Of a stretch of DNA of 52,431 nt, positions 28,212 through 39,000 are shown one piece after another. Each line of letters starts with the position of its first letter. Position 1 is the first letter of the stretch. Position numbers and translations under genes: made by a program. This stretch comes from Thermoplasmatota archaeon. Its GTDB lineage: Archaea; Thermoplasmatota; Penumbrarchaeia; Penumbrarchaeales; Penumbrarchaeaceae. Below the pieces are notes generated by a model that saw only the letters and a list, made by a program, of their open reading frames with translations, was not told the origin of the DNA and searched no databases. Where the stretch lies: the NCBI GenBank assembly GCA_965234725.1, contig CBDDUX010000035.1, forward strand, positions 2,357 through 54,787, given 5' to 3'.

Positions 28212-28232
28212 TAACAACCTCGAAAACAATTT

Positions 28233-28275
28233 GGACCCGTCAATTTATGGCGGGTCCTTCTTCTTTTAATTTTTA
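28233..28275 (+). terminator. Hairpin plus T-tract terminator after the DUF3068-like gene
   Basis: GGACCCGTCA-ATTTA-TGGCGGGTCC (10-bp stem, one G-U pair), followed by TTCTTCTTTTAATTTTT. Confidence 0.65.
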
Positions 28276-28298
28276 GAACTGATAGCTTGAATGCCATT

Positions 28299-29261
28299 TC
28301 ATCCGGTTTGATATCCCTTCAGATCTTCGGATGATAGTATCCCATTTTCAGTAATATATCCCGTAATGAATTTGGAAGGTGTCACATCGAAGGCAGGATT
28401 GAAACCCAGGGAGCCTTCCGGAGCTGTTCGGGTCCTGAAGATCTGGGTGATCTCACTTCCCGACCTCTCCTCTATGGGTATGGACGGACCATCCGGACAT
28501 TGAGGGTCATATGTTGTTTTGGGAAAAGCAACGTAGAACGGTATTCCAAACTCCCGAGCCAGAACAGCCTTTTCAAGGGTACCGATCTTGTTTGCAATAT
28601 CACCATTCGCAGCAACCCGGTCAGCTCCCACAATAATGAGGTCTACCTCCCCCCTTGACATCAGATGTCCTGAGGCCCCATCAACGATTATGCGATGATC
28701 TATGCCCTCATTGGATAGTTCCCATGATGTAAGGCGGGAACCTTGAAGCAGAGGCCGTGTCTCCGAGACCCATACAAAAAGCGGACCTCCCTCCCGAGCC
28801 TTCATCCTTATCGGGGCAAGGGCCGTTCCCCAGTCAAGGGTTGCAAGAGCTCCCGCATTGCAATGCGTCATCACCCTGGCCCCATCGGGTATGAGGGCTT
28901 TACCGTTCTCACCGATCCTTCGGCAGGATCCAATTGTTGAGGACATGAGGTCCTCAGCGGAGGATAACGCCTTGCTATTACCCCCGTCACGGAAACCTTT
29001 CATAACAATGTCCAGGCAGTTCCTCAGGTCCACAGCAGTTGGTCTGGAATTGACCAATGATCCGTAGCTTATCCCTGGATCCTCTCCCCTTCCAATTGCC
29101 AGAGCGAGTGATAAAGCCCCAAAGACACCGATAGCCGGAGCTCCCCTGATCGCAAGGGTCTTGATAGTATCCACCTGTTCCTCTAGGGTCGCAGGTCTGA
29201 TCACTTCCGTTCTGGATGGAAGTCTCCTCTGATCGATAAGACACAATCTCCCTTCTTCCAT
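28299..29261 (-). CDS. mtnA: S-methyl-5-thioribose-1-phosphate isomerase (eIF-2B alpha family)
   Basis: IDQRRLP, AIRGAPAIG, SRPTAVDL, THCNAGALAT, ETRPLLQGSRLT, GADRVAANGD.ANKIGT and NPAFDVTP. The true start may be upstream at 29309 (see findings). Confidence 0.88.
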   Translation of the reverse strand: MEEGRLCLIDQRRLPSRTEVIRPATLEEQVDTIKTLAIRGAPAIGVFGALSLALAIGRGEDPGISYGSLVNSRPTAVDLRNCLDIVMKGFRDGGNSKALSSAEDLMSSTIGSCRRIGENGKALIPDGARVMTHCNAGALATLDWGTALAPIRMKAREGGPLFVWVSETRPLLQGSRLTSWELSNEGIDHRIIVDGASGHLMSRGEVDLIIVGADRVAANGDIANKIGTLEKAVLAREFGIPFYVAFPKTTYDPQCPDGPSIPIEERSGSEITQIFRTRTAPEGSLGFNPAFDVTPSKFITGYITENGILSSEDLKGYQTG

Positions 29262-29313
29262 CCAGAGGCAGGGTCTGTCAACGATCTCCCCTTGGAGGAG
29301 GAATCGGATGGGA

Positions 29314-32028
29314 TCACCTCATGGGTCCCGGGCCATATGGAGCTCCCGGGGGCTGGCCGTAGGGCCTCATGGGAACCTGTTGAGGGCCTGTGCCCGGTCT
29401 ATATCCGGGAGGTGCCTGGGGACGAGTAGGACCACGGGACCTCAATACCACAGCAATGACCAGGACCAGAAGAACAAGGAATCCCACAATCGAGATGCCC
29501 AGCACAACCTGTGAGCTGAGGAACTCATCGGATGTCTTCTCTTCGGATACCGTGATCGTAAGCTTTATCCTCACACTGTCCGAACCATCACGGGGATCGG
29601 TAACAGTGACCGTGATATTGTATATCCTTGGGGTCAGATTGCCAGGGATCAGGAAATCTCCAGAATAGGTATCATCTTCACCGGGAGAAAGGGAGATGTC
29701 CCCCATATCGAACTCTGAGAGGTCAACCATGACATCAAGGTCGTCCTGGTCCTCATCCAATGCAACCACATCGATGCTGACCCTACTACCCTCGGAGAAT
29801 TCGGTGGTCGCCTGACCACTTTCATCTGTTACATTATAGGTAATGATCTCGGGAGCGGTATTCGCTTTTATCACTCTCAGAGCGAAGGAAGAGGTTCCCT
29901 GAAGCCCCGTGGAATCCTCGGCGATGACATCGATCTTTCCCTTCAAACCTTCGGATACTGACCTGCCCACTGTGAATTGGGCGGTCCAGGTCCCATCATT
30001 TCTGGAAGTGTCCGGGGAGATGCCGTCATCCTTCATATAAAGGAACGAAGGACCTTTCACTGGTGTCAGGTCGATCCAAACCTTATCAACATCATCGTTT
30101 AGGTCCTCCACACTGGCTGTCACAACTACAGGGGTCTCACCATCGTTCTCTACCTCATCTGGCAGAGGACTGACTCCAAGGATCGTTGGGGCAACCGGTG
30201 GAATAATGACATCCACCCACGTCTTCGCTGTTGTCTCGTGTCCTACATCATCCACTGCGGTGATCTCCACCTGATAGATGGATATCGCCACGGATGGGGC
30301 GACCGTGAACTCAACAGAATAATTCCCATCACCGTCGAAGATATCTCCGGATGTTCCGTCGTCATACATCCTGACCTCATCCTCTCCACCGATGTTGGTC
30401 AGGTCCACGTATACCTTGTCCAGATCATCCTCAGGGTCCTCGACTATCGCCCAGATCACTGAGGTCGTCACCCCGTCATTGGGAACACCAAAGGGGTAGG
30501 CTCCTTTATCAATGATCTCAGGGGCCTTGGTCAACTGGGCGGAATCAAGAACGGTCAAAGTGACATTGTCAAATGCCTGGCCGCCCCTGGTGTCCTTTGC
30601 AGTGATCTTGAAGATGTACTCTCCAATGGAGATGGATCCCTTGATCTGGTAGGAGAATATTCCATCACCCGAAATATCATCCCCGTTGGTCCCATCGTCA
30701 TACATCTTCTGTGTGGATGTCTTTCCGATCGAGGTCAGGTCAGCCTCAACGGTACGAATATTTCCATCGGGGTCCTCGACCACGGATGCAATGATCGGTT
30801 GGACCGATCCGTCATCAGGGACGGTTTCCGGGTCGATCATGGAGGCCTCTATGACCGGGGGGTGGTTGAGGAACCCCACAGTTCGAACCTCGAATTTCGA
30901 AGAGGCGCCGATCTTGTCGAAATGGGCGGGTGAACTGACGGTAACATTTCCAGTCCCGTTCAATGTGAAGCTGATATCCTGACCGGGATATTCCCTGTCA
31001 GGAGATCTGATCTTCCATGAGACCTCCTCAAAGGTCCTTGGTCCGGTAATGGTCAGATCGGTGAGGGACCCACCGGAAGTGATCATGTAATCCTCCGGAA
31101 CAATAAGTCTGGCCACCGCGTTCCTTACAGTCACACCTGTCATTACGGAAGGAGCCCAGTAGGTGACATTGACAGAGACCTCGAACTCCTTTCCAGCATC
31201 CACCTCATCAGGGAATTCAAGTTCATCAAGGGTCCAGGGGGCTGCGCAAACACCGACCCGATGTGTTTCGATATTACCTCCCCCTCTCTCATAGATGTTC
31301 CACATCTTGTCAAAATCCCCTCTTGGAATTTGAATACCCTTGCCACCTTTGTAGCCGATACCACTGGGTACAGGATCGTGGACTATCAGCATGCCATTCC
31401 CCAGATTCGAATCATAGCCGACTACCAACCTCCAGACCTTTTCAAGGGCCGCAAGGTCCTCGGGAGTGACCTGAGGATCGGGTGGCTGGGGGTTGTTCGG
31501 GTCAGGGGGTTGCGGATTGGGATTCAATTCAGGGGGTATGTCCAGATACATGTAGCAGAGCACGGGATGATCCTCGGATATCGCCTGATAGATATCTGCG
31601 AACCTCATCTCAGCCCTGTCATCGTTATCATTCCAATCGTAAGTGAAACCACCATATCCCAGAACCCTTTCCTTGTATCCCTTCTGGGTAACAGGATAGT
31701 TTCCGGAATAGTGTGCCGCCCTCATCAGTTCATCCGGAGTTGCGGGGCCGGAACCGAGTATGCCTTTTGTGATGTTCCTGATATCCTGCTGCATCACGTA
31801 GGGTCCATGGAAGTCGAATATCATGGAGAGACCGGCCTCTCCGGTCAGGTCATCTCCTGCTCTAGGATGATAAGGTACCTGACTGCTGAGATTGACCCTT
31901 GAGGGCAGTGCTCTCGAGGGATACCCTTCGTTCTCAGGTAGGAGAAGGACCGTCATGGCAGATCCCAGGAGGATGAGCAAGGCAGCTACGGTCCCGATGA
32001 TTGCTGTTCTATTGGAGACAAAAGACAT
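29314..32028 (-). CDS. Membrane-anchored surface protein: degenerate C39-like peptidase domain, several DDG..GD...GDG.Y(S/T) ('choice-of-anchor X'-like) Ig domains, TM helix and Pro/Gly/Gln tail
   Basis: Start MSFVSNR after a GGTGA RBS. VPYH...GEAGLSMIFDFHG...Q and LVVGYD...VHDP fit the C39-like fold. Repeats MYDDGTNGDDISGDGIFS, MYDDGTSGDIFDGDGNYS and MKDDGISPDTSRNDGTWT. Confidence 0.75.
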   Translation of the reverse strand: MSFVSNRTAIIGTVAALLILLGSAMTVLLLPENEGYPSRALPSRVNLSSQVPYHPRAGDDLTGEAGLSMIFDFHGPYVMQQDIRNITKGILGSGPATPDELMRAAHYSGNYPVTQKGYKERVLGYGGFTYDWNDNDDRAEMRFADIYQAISEDHPVLCYMYLDIPPELNPNPQPPDPNNPQPPDPQVTPEDLAALEKVWRLVVGYDSNLGNGMLIVHDPVPSGIGYKGGKGIQIPRGDFDKMWNIYERGGGNIETHRVGVCAAPWTLDELEFPDEVDAGKEFEVSVNVTYWAPSVMTGVTVRNAVARLIVPEDYMITSGGSLTDLTITGPRTFEEVSWKIRSPDREYPGQDISFTLNGTGNVTVSSPAHFDKIGASSKFEVRTVGFLNHPPVIEASMIDPETVPDDGSVQPIIASVVEDPDGNIRTVEADLTSIGKTSTQKMYDDGTNGDDISGDGIFSYQIKGSISIGEYIFKITAKDTRGGQAFDNVTLTVLDSAQLTKAPEIIDKGAYPFGVPNDGVTTSVIWAIVEDPEDDLDKVYVDLTNIGGEDEVRMYDDGTSGDIFDGDGNYSVEFTVAPSVAISIYQVEITAVDDVGHETTAKTWVDVIIPPVAPTILGVSPLPDEVENDGETPVVVTASVEDLNDDVDKVWIDLTPVKGPSFLYMKDDGISPDTSRNDGTWTAQFTVGRSVSEGLKGKIDVIAEDSTGLQGTSSFALRVIKANTAPEIITYNVTDESGQATTEFSEGSRVSIDVVALDEDQDDLDVMVDLSEFDMGDISLSPGEDDTYSGDFLIPGNLTPRIYNITVTVTDPRDGSDSVRIKLTITVSEEKTSDEFLSSQVVLGISIVGFLVLLVLVIAVVLRSRGPTRPQAPPGYRPGTGPQQVPMRPYGQPPGAPYGPGPMR

Positions 32029-32172
32029 ATTCTCACCTTGTGTAGGCTGGGCAATTACCTCCATCACCCAGAATGGAAGGTCATTGATGGTGGTTATTAT
32101 AATGTTTATGGAAAGGAGGACGCAACCGCACCGAGTGGAAACCGTAAAGTCCTCAATATGAGATACACCCTC

Positions 32173-33627
32173 ATGGCAGATGAGATAGGAACAAGGAAGG
32201 AAAGGGACACTTTGGGCGAAAGGGACCTTCCCGAGGATGTCCTCTACGGGATACAGACCCTCAGAGCATCCGAGAACTTCCCGGTATCGAACCTCCCGAA
32301 TCACCCGTACCTCATCGATGCATACGCTTCCATCAAGGAAGCTGCGGCCTTGGCAAACATGGAGGTGGGTTGGCTCGACCCGGAGATCGGAAAGCTCATA
32401 GTGGAAGCTGCGAAAGAGGTCCGCCAGGGAGGTTTCAGGGAACATTTCATCGTGGATAGGTTCCAGGCAGGAGCCGGGACCTCCACCAATATGAACATCA
32501 ACGAAGTGATAGCCAACAGAGCTCTTGAACTGAAAGGCGAGAAGAAGGGATCCTATGGCATCATATCACCTAACGACCATGTGAACATGGCCCAATCTAC
32601 CAATGACACCTTTCCAACGGCCATGCAGATATCCGTTCACATGATGACAGGGGAACTTATAACGGAGGTGAGGTCCCTGGCCATCTCTTTCAATAGAAAG
32701 GGAGATGAGTTCAAGAACGTCCTCAAAACTGGAAGGACACACCTCCAGGATGCAATGCCGGTCACCCTCGGTGGAGAGTTCAAAGCATATGGTTCGGCCC
32801 TTGATAGGGCGGCAGACGAGATAGAACGAAGGAACAGGATGCTTCTGGATCTGCCACTGGGAGGGACAGCCACAGGGACCGGCATAAACACTCACCCCGA
32901 ATACCGTGAGAGGGTAATATCGCATCTATCAAGGATATGGGGGCTGGACCTCACCGCAAATCCGTCATCTTTCGAAGCAATGCAATCCACTATCAGGATC
33001 GTATCTGTTTCTTCGACCTACAAAGAACTAGCCATCGAACTGGGAAGGATCTCCAATGACCTCAGACTTCTGTCCTCAGGGCCAAATAGCGGTTTCTCGG
33101 AGATCACACTCCCGGCCGTCCAACCAGGGTCATCCATAATGCCCGGGAAGGTCAATCCTGTCCTTCCAGAATGCATGAACATGATCTGCTTCGTTGTAAT
33201 GGGAAACGACGTTGCGATAACCACCGCCGCAGGTGCGGGCCAGCTAGAGCTCAATGTGATGATGCCGATCATGGGAAATCTCATACTCAGATCAGCAGAA
33301 TATTTTGTGAATTTCCTCCCGATCTTTGGTGAAAAGTGTATAGACGGGATCAGTGTGGATGCGGAAAGCCTTAACAAGAGGGCGATGGCAAATCCTATCC
33401 TTGCCACTTTGTTGAACAGAAAGCTGGGTTATCTCAAAGCCGCTGAGGTTGCAAAGGAGGCAATGGAAAGTAAAAGGTCAGTGGTGGATATTGTACTGGA
33501 GAAGGGTTATTTGACCAGAGAAGAAGCTGATGAGATGTTCAACAGGGCATCCCTTGTAGGGTTGGTGAGGGGCATATCAGAGAATGGGGAGGAAAAGAGA
33601 GAGGATCCAGACAAAAAGAGCAGTTGA
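32173..33627 (+). CDS. aspA: Aspartate ammonia-lyase / class II fumarase superfamily enzyme (AspA-like)
   Basis: RKERDTLG, YGIQTLRA.ENF, QAGAGTS.NMN.NE, QSTND, GRTHLQDA, GSSIMPGKVNP and GQLELNVM. These resemble AspA more than FumC, but fumarase activity is not excluded. Confidence 0.8.
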   Translation: MADEIGTRKERDTLGERDLPEDVLYGIQTLRASENFPVSNLPNHPYLIDAYASIKEAAALANMEVGWLDPEIGKLIVEAAKEVRQGGFREHFIVDRFQAGAGTSTNMNINEVIANRALELKGEKKGSYGIISPNDHVNMAQSTNDTFPTAMQISVHMMTGELITEVRSLAISFNRKGDEFKNVLKTGRTHLQDAMPVTLGGEFKAYGSALDRAADEIERRNRMLLDLPLGGTATGTGINTHPEYRERVISHLSRIWGLDLTANPSSFEAMQSTIRIVSVSSTYKELAIELGRISNDLRLLSSGPNSGFSEITLPAVQPGSSIMPGKVNPVLPECMNMICFVVMGNDVAITTAAGAGQLELNVMMPIMGNLILRSAEYFVNFLPIFGEKCIDGISVDAESLNKRAMANPILATLLNRKLGYLKAAEVAKEAMESKRSVVDIVLEKGYLTREEADEMFNRASLVGLVRGISENGEEKREDPDKKSS

Positions 33628-34191
33628 GACCGGAACAAGGAAATTATCGTCTGTGAGGAACCTATGTGGAAGGCAGATGGTCTCCACGACCCCTCCCACC
33701 AGGACTCCGGCAAGAGCTGCCCAGGGCCCTATGATGGAGAGTATCAGGATCCCGGGGACGAGCATAAAAGTGAACATCCCAGCCCATGTCTTCCCGGGAT
33801 TCCAGGGAAGAATCGGTCCTTTGAACACAACTCCTCCTAGAAATGCAAGAGGGTCTCCGAAGGTCATCACGATCATTGATATCAGGGCGATATCCCGCGG
33901 GAAAATGAACCATACCACCACAGAGCCAAGGAAGAACGTCAAGGGTCCCTGTCCAGGAACCTCGTCCTCCGATTTATCATACCTATCGAGGAACCATGTG
34001 ATGATCGGCAGGTGTTTCCTTTCCTGGACAATGCTCAGAACAACTCCGATCCCCAAAACAAAAAGGAAGAACCATCTGAGATCGTCCGAGATCAGCAGGG
34101 ATAGGATGAAGATGGTCCCCAGGAGTAAATGGAATACTTTTCTCCTTATTCCGATCCTCTTCCCCTTGACCGGGGGAGTCTTGGAGACCAT
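33577..34191 (-). CDS. CTP-dependent dolichol/phytol/DAG kinase family membrane protein
   Basis: RRKVFH, GDPLAFLGG, KTWAG and DDNFLVP motifs. Confidence 0.85.
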   Translation of the reverse strand: MVSKTPPVKGKRIGIRRKVFHLLLGTIFILSLLISDDLRWFFLFVLGIGVVLSIVQERKHLPIITWFLDRYDKSEDEVPGQGPLTFFLGSVVVWFIFPRDIALISMIVMTFGDPLAFLGGVVFKGPILPWNPGKTWAGMFTFMLVPGILILSIIGPWAALAGVLVGGVVETICLPHRFLTDDNFLVPVSTALFVWILSLFLPIL

Positions 34192-34470
34192 GTCCAACAA
34201 TCAGGGACACATTGATAAATGTAGCCCGGACAAAAATGACGGTAAAGTGTGAAAGGGCTAGAGAAAGAACAAATCAGAGGGGATGGGATGCACTCTGTAG
34301 TCTCCTAACCCTTTCCGGGCAAACAACGACCATAAAGAGGGATCTCGAACCATTTTTCCCAACTTCTGGTCGGGAACTATCAAGTAGTCTGGCAAGTATA
34401 TAATATTTACCTTTCCCGTAGGAATGAGTATAAAACAAGAATAATCGAGAAAAGGACCTCTTCCAGTGCA

Positions 34471-35196
34471 TCATATATTCCTTCTGCTGCCTGGACCCTT
34501 TTTTACCGGTTTACTATTTTTCCTTATTTCTTCTACCTCCTTTTCCTTTAGAGAAGCGAAGGTGGAAAATCCTCTTGTGAATGTGGTAAGAAGGCCTCCG
34601 ATCAACATCAGGACCATTACCAGTTCCAGTGGGATCAGCTCTCTGCCCAATCCGATATCTATACCTCTGGTATTAAAAAAACCAACGAGAACGAACTGGA
34701 AGGGGAGTACGAACATCATCAGGACCATCCTGTCCGCCCTGCCCATTACCCCACTGTAGTTCCTATCGGCACCGACGGCCTGGGCCTGGGTCCCCATATA
34801 AGATGAGAGCAGGACCGCTGTAACCGAGATCAGACCGAAGGTGGTATCGCAGTAGGGTGAAAAAGCGATACCGGTCAAGAGGACCACATCCGAAAGCCTG
34901 TCGAATGTATGGTCCAGGAAATCTCCCACCTTGGAAGAGGTCCCTGCCAGTCTGGCAACCCTCCCATCCAGTGTGTCAGATATGGAATTAAGACCTATGA
35001 AGACAAGTCCCCCCAGCAAAGCCAGGTCCCATCTGTCAGCCGGCAGCCACTTCCCTGAGAGGGCCAGTATCAATCCTCCGATCAATGCAAAAAGGAAGGA
35101 CATTGTGGAGATCAAATTGGGGTCCACCCTCAAGAACAATCTGGCAAGGGGATCGAAGAAAAGGTCCAGCCTCTGTCTATAGCCTTCTAGAACCAT
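34471..35196 (-). CDS. CDP-alcohol phosphatidyltransferase (archaetidyl-inositol/glycerol phosphate synthase type)
   Basis: PNLIS and DTLDGRVAR...SSKVGDFLDHTFDRLSD signature. Start overlaps the upstream kinase stop. Confidence 0.93.
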   Translation of the reverse strand: MVLEGYRQRLDLFFDPLARLFLRVDPNLISTMSFLFALIGGLILALSGKWLPADRWDLALLGGLVFIGLNSISDTLDGRVARLAGTSSKVGDFLDHTFDRLSDVVLLTGIAFSPYCDTTFGLISVTAVLLSSYMGTQAQAVGADRNYSGVMGRADRMVLMMFVLPFQFVLVGFFNTRGIDIGLGRELIPLELVMVLMLIGGLLTTFTRGFSTFASLKEKEVEEIRKNSKPVKKGPGSRRNI

Positions 35197-35789
35197 TTCG
35201 CCCATTCCTCCAACCAATCTACTTTTCCAGGTCTGTAATGGAGAATAGTGCTTAATCTTTTCTCCCTCTCAGCCTCCATCATTTCAATTATCCAAGCTGC
35301 AATATCCTCTGGCGAGAGTCCTGTGACATCCCTCTCGACGACCACCCTTCCAACCTTGCCAACGCCTGTCCGATCACCATTACCATTTACCCTGTCCTCC
35401 TCTTCCAAAGCCTTTGTCAGAAGATATCCCAGAGCCTCTGCCTCGATATTCTCCTTCACCTTCTCAACAGAATATCCCCTCTCATTCAATCTTTTACTCA
35501 GAAGGGAAGGGTCCAGTCTCATGATGATCATCAGGTCCGAGGGAGCCAGATAGGAAAGGTGTCCCTCGATGACAGCATCTCCCTTGATTCTTCCTACCAG
35601 GTGGGTCAAACCTTCCCTCACAACTGAGAGATCAACGATGTACTCGTCGTTGGTGATGTCGTATTCCTCGTAAAGTCCCATCTCTTTGATGGTTTCCTTC
35701 TCCGATATCACCTCGATCCCACGGTCCCTCAGGAGTGCCGCCGTGGTTGTCTTTCCCACCCCGGGAGTCCCGCAAAGTGAGACTATCAT
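35187..35789 (-). CDS. Atypical adenylate kinase (AK6/Fap7 family)
   Basis: CGTPGVGKTT, IEGHLS, LR.DP..L.KRL.ERGYS.EKVKENIEAE and VDW. Confidence 0.88.
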   Translation of the reverse strand: MIVSLCGTPGVGKTTTAALLRDRGIEVISEKETIKEMGLYEEYDITNDEYIVDLSVVREGLTHLVGRIKGDAVIEGHLSYLAPSDLMIIMRLDPSLLSKRLNERGYSVEKVKENIEAEALGYLLTKALEEEDRVNGNGDRTGVGKVGRVVVERDVTGLSPEDIAAWIIEMMEAEREKRLSTILHYRPGKVDWLEEWAKWF

Positions 35790-36013
35790 GGGCAACGATA
35801 TCTCAGGGGCAGATAAAAAGTGAGCGGTCCTGCATCCATTCCATCCATTCCCTTTGACAAATTACTTTGAAAAGAATAGGTAATCTGTGATAATTCTAGT
35901 GTGAATACTAAAATAGGTTCATATGTGCTGATTCCCTACATGGACTTGTGTGGGAAACATTTAAGTCCGTATCCTGGATTCAAAACCGGGAACAACGTTG
36001 CAGAGGACATATC

Positions 36014-39000
36014 ATGAAATGTAGGAGATATGCGGGGAAGGCAAGGTCTTTTCTTTTACTGACGATGATCCTCGTACAGGTCCTGGCTGCAATTCCTCTC
36101 GGAACAGGTGGAGGGCCAACAAGGGGTCCAGGAACCGATATCCAGGTAAGAGGGATAACCTCACACAGCAATGGAGAGATCGTAGGGTTCCTTCAGCAGG
36201 TTTTCGAAGCTGATGTCGCCAACTCCGGCTCGGATCCCTACCAGGGAAATGTAACTGTTACCCTCGCCATAATGTTTCCAGGAAACGAAACTGAGAACAT
36301 GACAGAGGTCCACAAGCAGACCGTGGACCTCGGAAGGACCCTCGAAGAAGTGGGGAACGAGACCACCGTTGAATTCTCTCCATGGCTTCCATCTGCCGAA
36401 GGATATTACAGGATCAGGGTATCTTCCAATGCCTTTGATGATAATCCGGAAAACGATACCGTTCAGATCATGATAAGGGTTCTCCTATCCCATATTGAAG
36501 GTGTGAAGGTCTCCTTTGCCCCCGGAAGTCCTTCCAACCAGAAGATCAAGAGAGGGGATAATACCACGATGTACGGTTACGAACCTTTTGTATTCGAGGT
36601 GGAGAACACCGGGATCTTCAACGATACGTTCAATATCACCATAGATTCCGCATGGGTAATGACCCCATGGGATAACATGACCCGGGAGCTTGCACCAGGT
36701 GCCCACGACCTTATAGTTGTCAATGTTGAGGTTCCCGGGGATATTGATCCTCTTTCCTTTGATGTTTTGGTCTTCACCGCCATATCCCAGAGGAACGAAT
36801 CGATAAGGGATTCCCTGAGCGCAAATATCTCCATCCCCCTCAAGGAGGATGTGGAGGTGACTGTTGCCTCCCCCGACCCTCAATTGGGTTATCCTGGAGG
36901 CCCCCCTGCGGAATTCGTATTCCGGATAAGGAACACAGGTGATTGGGCCACATACTATTCACTGAAGGTCAGTTCAAGACCCTCCTCATGGAGGTCAGAG
37001 TTCAAGCCCACATCAATGACTACAATGGAGACAGGAAACATCTCCCGGGATAACTACATCGTCGTTCATGCCAGGATCTGGGTCCCACCGCTGAACTATG
37101 ACACCATGGATAAGGACAGGACAGAGGAGGGGCAGATAGGGGCACTTATCCTTACGGCAACAAGCCCTAACAACGTCACTGATTCAGCGGAAGGTACGGT
37201 TGATGTGGGTCTTGTCCATACGGTTCAAATGGAGATCTCGCCCAAGAAGTTGGTGGTCAACTTCACCGAGGAATCGAAGAATTCACCTCAGTTCCTCAAC
37301 ATAAGCGTCAGGGTCAGGTCGATCAACAACAACAGGGCCGACCCCAGTGCCAAGATGGATGTCAACCTGACCACACCGGAAGGACCGAACGGTGTACGAT
37401 TCAAACCCATTTGGCAGATGGGGTTCGACAGCAACCTATCGACAATGTGGTCTGCAACACCTCCGGTAGGTAAGGTCAAGCTCAGATCAGGTGATTGGAG
37501 TGTCGGCCAGCATATCAGGATAATCGTTCCGCCCTTCCCGATCCAAGGTACCGCTGTCATCAACATAGTGGCCATCCCCGAACTGATCGAGGGAAGGGAC
37601 GGCCTCACGATCTCCGCCAGAAAGGATGCGGAGGTCCATGTGGGTGGTTACCTGAACTACTCGATCGTTCCTCCCAGGACCGAGTTCTTCAATGATCCCG
37701 AGATCAGTGAGAACACCGATAAGAACGGAAATGGGGTTGAGGACTGGAGAGAAGCCTATCCGGGCCAGGTCCTTCTCTTGCCGTTCAATATCACAAACCA
37801 CGGTAATGGTTGGGACGGATACAATACCACAGGCAGCCCGATCCCTGTGCAGCCCTCGACCCTGCTTCCTAACGATTGGAAAATCTCCTTCCCTGCAAGG
37901 ACTGTCACCCTTATCCCCTATAGATTCGATCCAAACTCTCCATCGCATTCCACTCTTGTCTGGGTTACTGTTACCATACCCGATGGAGCCCCCATCGGGG
38001 AGAGCGCCATCATCAAGATAGGGGCCTCATCCCTCATCGAGACAGATCTAAGAGGCGGGGATCCGCGCTATCAGTGGGCCGAGATAGAGGTTTTCGTCAT
38101 ACAGGGTTTCGCAGTGGACCTGGAACCAGAGGAGAACAGGAAATCCGCTGAACCCGGGGAAACCCTTGTTTACAGATTGAATGTGACCAATATCGGCAAT
38201 GGCGTCGATATCATCAAATTCCGGATCGAGACCCAGGACCTGATGGGCTGGAACATCTCCTTCGACGTGGATGAATACAATCTCACCCCCAGGGAGAAAC
38301 GTCCTGTCGTTGTCAGGATCACACCGAGCCTTGATGCCGTCAGGGACCAGGAGCTTGCATTGAAGGTAAGGGCCCAATCACAGAGGTCCGTCATTGCCTT
38401 TGACGAGGTCTGGTTGAACACTACGGTCAATTACAGGGGTGGGGTGGAGATCCAGCTTCTTGAAACACCATCACTTCAATGGAAATATCCCGGAGAGGTA
38501 GCCACATACTTGGTGGAGGTGTTCAACCGGGGAAACGGTAATGATACCATCGATCTTGTCATTGACCCTGGAAATAACGCATGGGAAGCTGAGATCGCAG
38601 TAGGGGAGAACAGAGGAATGGGGGCATCGATCAATCTTGAAAGAGGAGGCTCTAAGAAGGTTAGGGTCAATATAACCCTCCCCTCTCTTTCATCTGTATC
38701 CAATGAGGAGGAGCTCTTCGAGAAGGGCATACAAGCCTCCAACAAGGTATCTTCGATCCTTACTGCCAATCCAAAGGGATATCCATCGATATCCTCCATG
38801 ATCAACCTCACCGTTGGAGTTTTAACAGAATATGGAGCCTCCCTGATGTTAAAACCAGGGGATGTAATTGACAAGGTTGTACTTGTGGGGGAGAAGGTAA
38901 CCTATCAGTTCATACTCGAGAACGGCGGGAACGGACCGGACAGGATTATGGCCCTCCCCTCTTCCCCCATCAATTCCATAAGACATCTCTCATGGACACA

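Noticed and set aside
32029-32445. N-terminal 139 aa of the 1043-aa ORF, and the matching extension of aspA from 32038
   Set aside because: The two extensions overlap head-to-head. Better starts at 32028 (RBS plus signal anchor) and 32173 leave a normal divergent promoter gap.
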